Shown here one piece after another: positions 13,180 to 24,294 of a stretch of DNA of 64,000 bases. How positions within the stretch are numbered: the stretch's first letter is position 1; every line of letters begins with the position of its first letter. The DNA is from Octopus bimaculoides (lineage: Eukaryota). Both the position numbers and the translations under genes were made by a program. Under the pieces are notes generated by a model that saw only the letters and a list, made by a program, of their open reading frames with translations, ran no database searches and was not told the DNA's origin. The stretch spans positions 8,905,764-8,969,763 of the forward strand of contig NC_068992.1 of NCBI RefSeq assembly GCF_001194135.2, read 5' to 3'.

Positions 13180-13223
13180 CTTTCAGCAGAAGTCTGGTTC
13201 ATTTCCAAGCCACATTTAAAGGG
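13180..13223 (-). CDS. SNX27: Candidate SNX27 C-terminal cassette exon (PFKCGLEMNQTSAE + AG), 44 nt, phase 0 to 2
   Basis: Acceptor tccctttgtattttaattcag| and donor AG|GTGAGC. Open in the frame continuing from WQKE. No homology support. Confidence 0.6.
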
Positions 13224-14332
13224 CTGAATTAAAATACAAAGGGACATAGGTTAGAAATAAAAAAAAAAATGTATATAACTTTTTTTCTCAACTTCTCTTT
13301 TATTGTGTTCCAGTGTTTGCAGGGATTAAAGAAGTCTGTCAATCACAAATTACTAAAAAGACAAAGACAGTACACATCTCTAGATAATTGCAAATAACCT
13401 CCCTGCTAAACCATGTTAAATCTTTCCCTCCATTAGAACATAGCAGCTGAGGGCCAAATCCACAGAAAATTCTGTACTCTGCATAGTGCAGCAGCAACAC
13501 CACCATCACCAAGTCCCCATGTACTAATTGCTACAGCCAGTCTTTCCTCACCATAGTGTCATCCCACTGAAAGCCCTCCCAGCTCGTATGTCTTCCTGCG
13601 CAAATCAACTTGTAACTGTTTAAGAGGAATGTTTAAGAGGAATGCTGGACGCTGACACTCGTTGATGCTGCATCGAAGAGGCCAGGGAATAGAAGAAAGA
13701 AGATATGCACCCAACACCAGAGCTGAAGACACCTCTGAAAGGAGGGGCCCCGCCACGTCAAAATGGTAGAGGAGTAGGGGCCGAAATCGGACGTGGTTCC
13801 TCCTGATGATGTCTTGAGCTAACTGGATCCTATAAAGGAGCTGTTGTGGTAGCAGACCATGAAACATGGTTGAAATTCCATGTCAAAACTCACTGATGTT
13901 GGCAGGCCTTACAAATGTCAAGAGCACAGCCTCTTCCTTCAGATCAAACCAATAAATGAGAAAAACAAAATTCTGAAACTTCAGTCAACAGTGGTTGATC
14001 AAATCTACGATCAAAACTATTGCCACTGTGACCATCCTGTCCTTTTTTAATATCTAGGACTATATTAGCTAAAATTCCCCTTTTTATAAAACAGTTGTGT
14101 GAGATGTGAAGGAAATGCAACTGCTATTTCTAGTGAGTTATGTGACTACATTTATGCTCCTTCATTATGTTGGGTTTCCTGTGTTCTTATAGTCAGTTTA
14201 AGTAAAGTCCTAACCAGTTTTTGATCTAATAATATTCTGAAACAACAGAACATTAGGCTACAATGATATAACATAATATTAAATCCTGTCTAAGAGGAAA
14301 TGAGAAGTACATGGACATTCTCTTCTTTATCT

Positions 14333-14367
<35 letters not shown>

Positions 14368-14589
14368 ATAATAATAATAATAATAATGGTTTCAAATTCT
14401 AACACAAGGCCAGCAATTCTGGGGTAGTGGGTAAGTTGATTACATCAACTGGTAACTTATTTTATTGACCTTGAAAAGAATGAAAGGCAAAGTTGACCTC
14501 GGCAGAATTTGAACTCAGAACATAAGGACAGACAGAATGCCACTAAGCATTTTGCCGGTCATGTTAACATTTCTACTAGCTAGTTACCC

Positions 14590-14620
<31 letters not shown>

Positions 14621-14623
<3 letters not shown>

Positions 14624-14795
14624 GCCTTGACGCATGCGCTGTTTATCTTGATATAAGATAACCATGTCATGCACAAGTGGTTGTGATGCATGTGCTTGGT
14701 TTACCCTTATCAGATGGGTAGTCATAATGGGTATATTGGGCTTCATATAATTGTACCCCAGTGTCACCTTGATAGCATGCGCTGTTCTCTCACTC
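14621..14795 (+). mobile_element. Short retroposon-like insert embedded in an (AAT)n array
   Basis: Non-repetitive 175-bp segment ending ctctcactc(aat)n, with (AAT)n tracts on both sides (14590-14620, 14796-14820). Confidence 0.55.
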
Positions 14796-15175
14796 AATAA
14801 TAATAATAATAATAATAATAAATACCAATTCTAGAGTGGAGTGGTAATAACATGAAGTAGAACATGTGCAGATGTGTGTGTGTGAGAGAGATAGAGGGAG
14901 GGAGGGAAGAAGTGTAAACTAAAAGATGAAGGTGTAACTGAAAAATATAAAATAAAATAGTGAAAATGTAAACACATTAGAAATATATAAGGAATACACC
15001 ATGCAAAAGTTACTGTATCCATCTAATACATGCACATACTATTATAGTTATCTTGAATTTGTTTCATTACTTTTTGTTAGTATTGTATACTAGAATTTTT
15101 ATACATTAGTCACACACAATTCAACCACAGAAATATCCTATGCTTGTATGAATGTGTGCTATAATTAGGCTTCAG

Positions 15176-15324
15176 GATGTTCAGGTATTAGTGCATTATG
15201 GCCGTTTCAGGCAACTCCATTTAATCAAACAATGCAAGCATTATATCAAATTGATGTAATGCTTGCATTGAGTGATTAAATGGAGCCACCTGAAACGGCC
15301 ATAATGCACTAATACCTGAATATC
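15176..15324. repeat. 149-bp near-perfect palindrome (74-bp arms, 1-nt centre at 15250)
   Basis: Arms compared base by base, 7 mismatches. Confidence 0.95.
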
Positions 15325-15477
15325 TGTGTTACTTATTTACTTTTTATTCACCTTACTTATAGGTGCATGTATAATACCAGACTGACTTGGTACCTCAACT
15401 TAAGTACCTAATTCTACTGATTCTTAATTATTTCTTTATATATATATATCATCAACATTTAACATAGGTTGCATATA

Positions 15478-15620
15478 TTGGCGTTAGGAAGGGCATCCAG
15501 CTGTAGAAACTCTGCCAAATTTAGATTGGAGCCTGGTGTTGCCATCCGGTTTCACCAGTCCTCAGTCAAATCGTCCAACCCATGCTAGCATGGAAAGTGG
15601 ACGTTAAACGATGATGATGA
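15478..15620 (+). mobile_element. Young RTE 3' tail copy flanked by 16-bp direct repeat CATTTAACATAGGTTG
   Basis: Same tail family. Direct repeats at 15456-15471 and 15635-15650. Confidence 0.85.
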
Positions 15621-15960
15621 TATATAATCATCATCATTTAACATAGGTTGGCTATATATACATATATCGTTCGTTTGTTTCGTTTAACGTCCGCTTTCCA
15701 TGCTAATATATATATATATATACACACAAAATCTCAACCAACCTGTGCCAGCATTGAAAAGTGGACACTAAAAGGATGATGATGATCATCATCATCATCA
15801 TCATGTTGATGTGTGTGTATGTGTGTGTCCCCCCCTTGATTGAAATTAGAAACATCATCAGTGCTTATTGCATTTGTTTTAGCTACAAGAAACACCGATG
15901 CTTAATGGACTGCTTGTAGATATCACACACAACATTTTGCAATCTGAATTGTCTACTTAC

Positions 15961-16020
15961 CTCTTTCTGCCAATCAAGTTCTTCAAATATCCTTTCAAAG
16001 CTATCATACATATATACAAA
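15961..16020 (-). CDS. SNX27: SNX27 exon (FVYMYDSFERIFEELDWQKE), 60 nt
   Basis: Acceptor ttttttctag| and donor GAG|GTAAGT. Matches human [20 protein letters not shown]. Confidence 0.95.
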
Positions 16021-16899
16021 CTAGAAAAAAAAAAGAGAGGAAGAAAACAAGAAAAAGTTGAGAATATGTAATACAATATTACATTCTAAATTGCAAATGA
16101 AAAATCAGTCAAAATTAAGAGTTGAGGAAACAGTATGAAATGCTGAATGGTCCTTTAAAAAAAGTGCAAATATTTAAATTATACCTATTACTAGCAGCTA
16201 TATTAGATATACATATTACCAGTTATACACACACACACAATAATTATAATATATATATATATTATATATTTGTTAGATATAATGCCGATATATCATTAGT
16301 TACATACATTATTGATGACTATATATTTGTACTGAGAGCAATCATATTGGCATCACCTTCAAAGATATAGTCAATTACAAAAAAATAAAGCAGACCTCAG
16401 TGAGATTTGAACTCAGAACATAAAGGGAAGTAACCAGATTAACACAAGGTATTTTGTCTCAGGACATACCACTTCTGACTTAAACCCCACCGTGCATGTT
16501 TCTAAAATACAGTTTATTTCCAGGTCAGTCCTGGTGGAATAAGCTTATTGCAAAAGATTTTCCAGCTGTAACAACCCTGTTTTCTGTCCCCTGCCTCTGT
16601 CCCCATAGGGTTCAACAACCTGAGGCCTCTTCATTACTTTATCCCATGTCTTTCTGGGTCATCTGCTTTCACAGAATCCATCCACATTTGATATTTATCA
16701 TATATGCATACATCCAGCAGAGCATGCTAACTTCATTTCTTTCTAGTATTTGAATGTTCTATGCATTCACAGCTCACATTTCATTACCATGTAACATTTA
16801 TACACAAGCATTACACAATCTACTTTTCACTCTGAGAGAGAGGCCCTTTTTATTTTACTAACAAAGGTAACACTCTCTGAACTTTCTCCAGTTGATTTG

Positions 16900-17745
16900 G
16901 GTACTATTCAAGAAGAGCGGTCCCAGTGCAAGCACTCGCACACTCACGCATCCGCGCTAGCTAGACGTGACTAGTTGATCCTACAACAACTATCTAGCAT
17001 GTATGCGCAAAACAGGATATATTTTAAAACGGGGGCGCCAGTATTTTCTTAACGAAACACTTTTAACAAAAAAAAAAGGAATTCGCAAGTTATTCCATGT
17101 TAAAGTTGTCGTATTTCTGTAATTTCAACCAATCAGCTGAATAAGAGTTACTGCTGGCCGTCATAAAAATGTTATTCCCTGTGACATATTTCATCCGGTT
17201 TAATCGTAATTTATACGCATATATTGTTTATATAATAAATTACGCTGTGCGTATCTATGTGTGTAACAATTTTAGAGTTCGGATTCTAGAGTTAGGGTTA
17301 GGGTAAGGGGATTAATACGATATACACCGTTACAGCGCTAACTGTTTTCAACTGAAAAGACGTCAGTGATTAGTAGAAATTATCGAAATAAGACAATTTT
17401 TTTACATGAAATAAATTCGAATACAAAAATATTTTTCTGTTCTATAACACAAAATAGATAAGTATACGAAGTTTGAAAGTCTTTCCGTACCAAAAACACT
17501 ACATAAAACATAAATGAAAACTGGCGCCCCCGTTTCAAAATAGATCCAAATAATTTTCTTCGTTGAATCTTCCCCATCTTACTCTTATTATAAAAAATTA
17601 TTTACTTTGTTTGGAAAAAAAACCCTCATACATGTTTTGGGCATGACGCTTACTCGTGCTAGGTAGTCGTAGGATCGACTAGTCACGACTCGCGAGCACA
17701 GATGTGCGAGTGCGTGCACCGGGACCACTCTTCTTGAATAGTACC
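16900..17745. mobile_element. Non-autonomous DNA transposon with ~105-bp imperfect TIRs (GGTACTATTCAAGAAGAG...), carrying a nested second element
   Basis: Left end GGTACTATTCAAGAAGAGCGGTCCCAGTGCA matches the reverse complement of right end TGCACCGGGACCACTCTTCTTGAATAGTACC. Similarity continues ~100 bp inward. TSD ambiguous. Confidence 0.85.
17015..17547. mobile_element. Nested MITE with 28-bp TIR GGAT(A/C)TATTTT(A/G)AAACGGGGGCGCCAGT, same family as 59709-60498
   Basis: TIRs seen at both ends. Subterminal sequence aligns in reverse orientation with the copy at 59709-60498. Confidence 0.85.
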
Positions 17746-18415
17746 ATATATATAGAAGAAAACGGATTTAACAACAATGGGAAGCTCACTGTTTTCGCTG
17801 GTATGTCTTTAATTAAATAGATAACAAGGAGGAAGAAGCAGAGATGAGAGAAGCATCGTTTCGATTTATTGGTCTAAGTAAATCTCATCAGAATGCGAAT
17901 ATATAGATAGGTGCATCAGTTAGGATGCGAAAGATAATTAATAGACATTTGATGGTAACGTAAACAAACTGGTAATTCTAACATTAAATTTTGGTTCTTG
18001 TGCTGGTAAATTCGCTGGGTAGAGGTTTGCTTGTGGTAGATTGGTTAGTTTTGTTGGGTAATTAGGGCAGGATGAGTATTATTTAGGTGCGGGATTCGAA
18101 GTTTAATTAAGCACATTTTTTTCGCACGTGTGTATTCCATTTTAGAGGTGGGTGAGAAGGGAGCTAACTCATGATTGGTTTGAAAACGTGCTATTGCTAA
18201 TAATTGTTTTATTGCTAGAGTTTAAGAGGTTCTTAGTGCTAGACGGGGTCCTGTGTATTATTTTACCATAATTGATAAAAATAAGTACTAGTAATATATC
18301 AAAGTATATTCCTTTGCCGACATTCTTATCTCCTCCTCAACCATTTACAAGAATGGGAATCGCTGTACTTCATAAAAAATAAAATAAAAAAGAGAGAAAA
18401 GAAATTATCACTTAC

Positions 18416-18544
18416 ATAAGTTGAATAAATTCGAACTAGTCTAGACTTCCTGCTTGGCCGGAAATATTCAAATATAAATGACATGGTTTCATCATCTATG
18501 TCATAGTTTTTTATATCAGACCATTTTATTTCTACAACTTGAGG
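18416..18544 (-). CDS. SNX27: SNX27 exon, FERM F3 (PQVVEIKWSDIKNYDIDDETMSFIFEYFRPSRKSRLVRIYSTY), 129 nt
   Basis: Acceptor tttttctatccag| and donor TAT|GTAAGT. Matches human QVIAFEWDEM...FCFEYAR...VKIFTPY. Confidence 0.95.
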
Positions 18545-18679
18545 CTGGATAGAAAAAAAAAGAAGAAGAAAAAGAATAAAACAGATATGAATATTGAAAT
18601 TAAAACGATGAAAATTAGAATATAAAATTGGATGAAAAAGAAGAAAAACATTTGCAGACAACTAAATAACAATGTTTCT

Positions 18680-18946
18680 ATCGTTGCCAGTGCCCCTGGA
18701 CTGGCTTGTGCGGGTGGCACATAAAAGACACCATTTCGAGCGTGGCCGTTTTCGTGCGGGTGACACGTAAAAGCACCCACTACACTCTCTGAGTGGTTGG
18801 CGTTAGGAAGGGCATCCAGCTGTAGAAACTCTGCCAAATCAGACTGGAGCCTGGTGTTGCCATCCGGTTTCACCAGTCCTCAGTCAAATCGTCCAACCCA
18901 TGCTAGCATGGAAAGCGGACGTTAAACGATGATGATGATGATGATG
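18680..18946 (+). mobile_element. Young RTE-LINE 3' UTR copy, truncated just after the ORF2 stop
   Basis: Reverse complement of 27661-27921 with one visible mismatch over ~260 bp. (GAT)n tail. Confidence 0.9.
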
Positions 18947-19042
18947 TAGAGAAAACCAAGAAATTAACTGTTCTCAGAATAAATTTGTTTAAATCTCTAT
19001 TGAAAGGAGTTTACAGAAACAAATATTTGCTCAAATGATTAA

Positions 19043-19228
19043 TCCTTCATCATTCAGATTATTCATTCAAATTGTTTTGAATTAATCATGCATTATTTTG
19101 TATCTTTGAGATTTCGAGGATGCCATCACTCATTTTTAGAGTGACATTGCAGGGTAGGTTTAAGAGGCTGGATCAAGTCAGTTTGAACATAAAACGGAAT
19201 ATTTGGGCCTGGTGTGGATGCTAATGGG
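19043..19228 (+). mobile_element. piggyBac-like MITE (degenerate)
   Basis: TTAA on both sides, ends TCCTTCATCATT...ATGCTAATGGG. Body homologous to 33815-34038. Confidence 0.6.
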
Positions 19229-19750
19229 TTAAACAAAATCTTCTCTTCAATCACTTGAACAATCAGCAGTATGAAAAAGCTTTTGAGTTTTTGGGGGTAT
19301 GATGTCTTGTAGTTCATTGAAACACCAGATACCGAGAGGTGGTTAACAAAGTATTAAGGACATTATGAAGGCAACCACATAAGTAATCACCTCGGTAACC
19401 CACTCATTTCACCAGCATGGAAGGTACTATAAAGTCTGCTTGTGGAACGCACAGCTGAAGTTTTGTGTGATTTTGCCAATGTTACAGGGAATCAGTGATT
19501 GTTGTAGCTTTTCTGATGTATGGACAGGTGTGTTGGCAGACTGGAGATCATTCAGCTAAAATGTTGTGTCTGCACATAAATAATCTGATGTTCCAGTTCT
19601 TCCGGCAATTCACTGTTCTTTGACAAAACTTTGCTTAAACTTAGTAAATAATAATTCTAAATAAAAATATAGCAATTAAGCAACTAAATGAAAAAAAAAA
19701 CAAACAAAAACAAACAAACAATCAAACAATTAGAAAAGAAAATCATTTAC

Positions 19751-19900
19751 TTCAATGGAACCATCTTCTTTGCATGCTTGTAATCGAAAGGCACGGATTC
19801 CAATGCTGGCCATCACATGACCTTCCTTACGAGAATCACAGGCACAATGGGGGAACACAATTTCACCGTAAGAGTCAAGTCTTCGAGCCATCTTCAAATA
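19751..19900 (-). CDS. SNX27: SNX27 exon (YLKMARRLDSYGEIVFPHCACDSRKEGHV...CKEDGSIE), 150 nt
   Basis: Acceptor actttcag| and donor GAA|GTAAAT. FPHCACDSR motif identical to human. Confidence 0.97.
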
Positions 19901-20585
19901 CTGAAAGTAAAATAACAATCCTAACAATATTAGTAGATGAATGATAAGCATATTTATTCAAATAGAGGCCACAAACTGGTTTTGTGGCTGAAGCAGAGCT
20001 TCACCTTACCAGTAGGCAACAGGGTAGGGGAACAGATGTAGAACAAGCATAGATAACCTTTGCTGAGAAGCAGGCTACATGATACACTGGCTTATCATAT
20101 GGTCAGGCTGCATAACTAAAAAACATTCAAGGCAGTTTTCCATTAGGCATGCCATTCAGAAAGTACTGTGGGCCACAGGTAACCCATGACTGATGTAAAA
20201 TGTGTAATATGACATGCTAGAAATAGCTGTCCATTTCATTACGACGAAAACAGAACTTGACTAGGAACATTGCTAATGGAGAATTCATCTAAGTAAATGT
20301 GAATATTGTCCATTGTACATATTGAGTTTGCAGAACATAATTAGGATTTATTGCAACGAATCAGAGCCAACGTATGTATTTGTGTATTACATGTACTGAG
20401 TGCTCTTTATCTCATTCAAACTTCTAAACATAAACACACACATACACATTTGCATGATTCCCAATAACAAATTCACACAGCAACAGGAGACTTCTCCAGT
20501 ATCATATATATATGTAAATATGTATTCTCTCTCTCTCTATCTCTCTCTCACACATGTTCATATTCATTAAAGAGAAATAACTCAC

Positions 20586-20675
20586 CTCGTTAACCTTGGC
20601 AGCTTCTTGCAAAGCTTTTAACTCATACAACCGGTCACCAGCTTTTATCAAACTCCTACTGACATCATCTATTGC
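20586..20675 (-). CDS. SNX27: SNX27 exon (AIDDVSRSLIKAGDRLYELKALQEAAKVNE), 90 nt
   Basis: Acceptor ttttgaattcag| and donor GAG|GTGAGT. Matches human AVDDVKKGYIKA. Confidence 0.93.
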
Positions 20676-20880
20676 CTGAATTCAAAAGTAAAGATATGAA
20701 TCGACAAATAAGGAACCCTTCAAGTAAGTGAGAACTTATAACAGAAAACGTAGAAGGCAATTTCACCAAAGGAATACCACACACACACATAATATATATA
20801 TATATATATCCGTTTAGTATTGACAGTTGGACGAAAGAGTACTTTATACATAGTAGAGATTAATAATATTTTTAGTTTGG

Positions 20881-21332
20881 TCCAGTTAGCTGCTTGCTAC
20901 TCTGAGTGACAGGGACGTAAACACACCNNNNNNNNNNNNNNNNNNNNNNNNNNNNNNNNNNNNNNNNNNNNNNNNNNNNNNNNNNNNNNNNNNNNNNNNN
21001 NNNNNNNNNNNNNNNNNNNNNNNNNNNNNNNNNNNNNNNNNNNNNNNNNNNNNNNNNNNNNNNNNNNNNNNNNNNNNNNNNNNNNNNNNNNNNNNNNNNN
21101 NNNNNNNNNNNNNNNNNNNNNNNNNNNNNNNNNNNNNNNNNNNNNNNNNNNNNNNNNNNNNNNNNNNNNNNNNNNNNNNNNNNNNNNNNNNNNNNNNNNN
21201 NNNNNNNNNNNNNNNNNNNNCGGCCCGAGGCAATAGTAGAAGACACTTGCCCAAGGTGCCATGCAGTGGGACTGAACCCAGAACCATGTGGTTGGTAAGC
21301 AAGCTACTTACCACACAGCCACTCCTGCGCCT
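20881..21332 (-). mobile_element. SINE family 1 copy spanning an assembly gap
   Basis: Intact head reads GGCGCAGGAGTGGCTGTGTGGTAAG ... GGTTCAGTCCCACTGC on minus. Confidence 0.85.
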
Positions 21333-21425
21333 AAGATATTTATTTTTAAACTTAAGGCAGTAGAATAAATTCCATTAATGAGAATAAAAGAGGAAGACAG
21401 AGAATGAATAAATGAAGACAATTAC

Positions 21426-21586
21426 CTGCCAGTAGAGCAAGTTGCTCACATATTCACTATAACTAAGTTGCATCTCAAGTGCTAAAGAGAATACCCATTT
21501 CCTCAGTGCTATGCAGGTTGCTGTGGCTGTACTGTAATTCTGGATATAAATATTGTGTGGAAATTCTTGTGGTTGCAATTTTCGTT
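21426..21586 (-). CDS. SNX27: SNX27 exon (ERKLQPQEFPHNIYIQNYSTATATCIALRKWVF...LLYWQ), 161 nt
   Basis: Acceptor caattcacttcag| and donor CAG|GTAATT. Matches human RKLAPNEFPHKLYIQNY...RKWLF. Confidence 0.96.
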
Positions 21587-22225
21587 CTGAAGTGAATTGA
21601 GAAAATATAAAGAAGGTAAGTTTACATATCCATTTCTCAGTTTATTAAGTTCACATTTTGGGGATATCGTGAATGTAGATATACAAAATTCCATTTCAAA
21701 GTAGAGAGTACAGAATATAAAGAGATTTTTACATTTTTACAACACAAATTTGGGGGTCAGACTTAGGTGCTTTAATTAATATCTGAGCATATCACTTTTG
21801 CTGCAAAAATATCTTGAAAATTTATATTTTCAAATTGAATATCAAGAAAGAAAAAAATTTTAAAAAAAGAAGCCTATTGACAATTTCTGTATCTTGGTAT
21901 ACTTTCAGTAAATTACTTATTGGTGATTCCTGAAATAAAAGGGATTGCTTCAGATGGTGGAGGTTTGACCTGAGGGAGATTTGGTTGCTAATTCTAGAAG
22001 GTTGAAAATCTCCACTAGAAACATCAGATCTCTACTCTTCTTCACAGAACATTTTGCTCTAATTTAATAGATTAATTAACTTGAAGAATTTAAGATATGG
22101 CACTTAGTCATATTCTAATCCCATTTGCAACTTGTGTTCATAGAACATAATTCTAAAACAGGGAAAACAAAAAGCAGAAAGAAACACAAACAGGTTGAGA
22201 AAGGAACTTAAATATGATATCTCAC

Positions 22226-22304
22226 CAAAATTATAGTCCACCGTTTCAAAAAGATAAAAAAACTTGGATGATGTATTATCAATCTGTAATTTGTTGCATA
22301 CAGC
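22226..22304 (-). CDS. SNX27: SNX27 exon (AVCNKLQIDNTSSKFFYLFETVDYNF), 79 nt
   Basis: Acceptor tttcctttcag| and donor G|GTGAGA. Bridges phase 0 to phase 1. Matches human YFALFEV segment. Confidence 0.9.
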
Positions 22305-22711
22305 CTGAAAGGAAAATAAAATGCATTAGTCATTGTTCAGAGGAACTGAAGAAAATTAAAATAAAATTAACTGAAAAAAAACGCGATTCTATTCTGAATA
22401 GTGCCATACTTTAATTAGTAAATAATATATACCACGATTGTCTCCCTTAGCTTTGCACACAGCAACATACATAGACGTCTGAGGAGCTTCAACGTTACAA
22501 ATACGGCCTACTACGGAGGAGCTAGAGTTTTCAGACATCAGACTGTGGCCAAGCTAGGGCACTCACTGAAGGCGTTTTAGTCACTCCTATCAAACTAACT
22601 AATTACTTTACTGACACCTATTTATCGAATAGTTACGTTAACTTTTAAAATACAGGAATGCAACTCGATACAGTTTTACACCAATACGCCCTTAGTAAAA
22701 GTACACCAACG

Positions 22712-23040
22712 TCGAGGGTTCTAGTTGATCCGATCAACGGAACAGCCTGCTCATGAAATTAACGTGCAAGTGGCTGAGTACTCCAGACATGTGGACCCTT
22801 AATGTAGTTCTTAAGGAGATTCAGCGTGACACAGAGTGTGACAAGGCTGGCTCTTTGAAATACAGGTACAACAGGAAGAAAGAGTGAGAGAAAGTTGTGG
22901 TGAAAGAGTACAACAGGGTTCGCCACCATCCTCTGCCGGAGCCTTGTGGAGCTTTAGGTATTTTCCCTCAATAAACACTCACAATACCCGGTCTGGAAAT
23001 CGAAACCACGATCCTACGACCGTGAGTTTGCTCCCCTAAC
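22712..23040 (-). mobile_element. Second copy of the 48371-48773 SINE family
   Basis: Reverse-complement match over head and body (gtcgagggttctagttgatc, caacagggttcgccacc, gaaatcgaaaccacgatcc). Confidence 0.85.
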
Positions 23041-24294
23041 CCTCTTTCCTTTCTCGAGCGTCTAGTAACACTATCTGTATCAAGTCCTCACGTTGTTGAT
23101 TTTGTCTTTTTCCTTTTTTTTGAACCTATATATATATATATATATATATNNNNNNNNNNNNNNNNNNNNNNNNNNNNNNNNNNNNNNNNNNNNNNNNNNN
23201 NNNNNNNNNNNNNNNNNNNNNNNNNNNNNNNNNNNNNNNNNNNNNNNNNNNNNNNNNNNNNNNNNNNNNNNNNNNNNNNNNNNNNNNNNNNNNNNNNNNN
23301 NNNNNNNNNNNNNNNNNNNNNNNNNNNNNNNNNNNNNNNNNNNNNNNNNNNNNNNNNNNNNNNNNNNNNNNNNNNNNNNNNNNNNNNNNNNNNNNNNNNN
23401 NNNNNNNNNNNNNNNNNNNNNNNNNNNNNNNNNNNNNNNNNNNNNNNNNNNNNNNNNNNNNNNNNNNNNNNNNNNNNNNNNNNNNNNNNNNNNNNNNNNN
23501 NNNNNNNNNNNNNNNNNNNNNNNNNNNNNNNNNNNNNNNNNNNNNNNNNNNNNNNNNNNNNNNNNNNNNNNNNNNNNNNNNNNNNNNNNNNNNNNNNNNN
23601 NNNNNNNNNNNNNNNNNNNNNNNNNNNNNNNNNNNNNNNNNNNNNNNNNNNNNNNNNNNNNNNNNNNNNNNNNNNNNNNNNNNNNNNNNNNNNNNNNNNN
23701 NNNNNNNNNNNNNNNNNNNNNNNNNNNNNNNNNNNNNNNNNNNNNNNNNNNNNNNNNNNNNNNNNNNNNNNNNNNNNNNNNNNNNNNNNNNNGATGTGAT
23801 AGCTACTTGCTTCTCTGGCAGGCATCAAGGAAGCCCTTAAACTTCCATTACCAAACTACAACTTAATCAGCGGCTGCTAAGCTGAATGACAGGAATTGTG
23901 AAACCAAGCATCATCATAAATAAAACCTTTTTATTATGTTGTTAATTGTTCTAATGTCTCTTCATATATAATGCTGTTGAAAGGTGATAGAGAGAGACTA
24001 AAGTCTCTATGACAACTATCACTATATCGCAATTATTTTACAGACATTTCCTTTGCTAGAGCAGGGGTTAAACTCGTGTGTGCCAGGACAGTTTTCTTCA
24101 CGTTTGCCTTATCCTTTATATATCCTCTCGATAACTTTCCTTGCTCTCATTTCGTCTTCCATCATCTTTTGTTAGGTCTGTTTCTGTCTTGGTGTTTATA
24201 GTATTACGGAATTAAAACGTTATAAACTGAAAATATGCAAATGATTGTATCCCAATGTCTTTATCGATTTTAGCTGTAATTACAATAACCAAAG

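Noticed and set aside
14831-14940. Acceptor-like ttttatatttttcag at 14938-14939 as an alternative terminal exon
   Set aside because: Downstream sequence is low-complexity microsatellite and there is no further support.
18532-18873. Apparently duplicated protein MKPDGNTRLQSDLAEFLQLDALP... (also 27728..28060)
   Set aside because: Antisense translation of the RTE 3' UTR. The identity reflects young repeat copies, not a gene.
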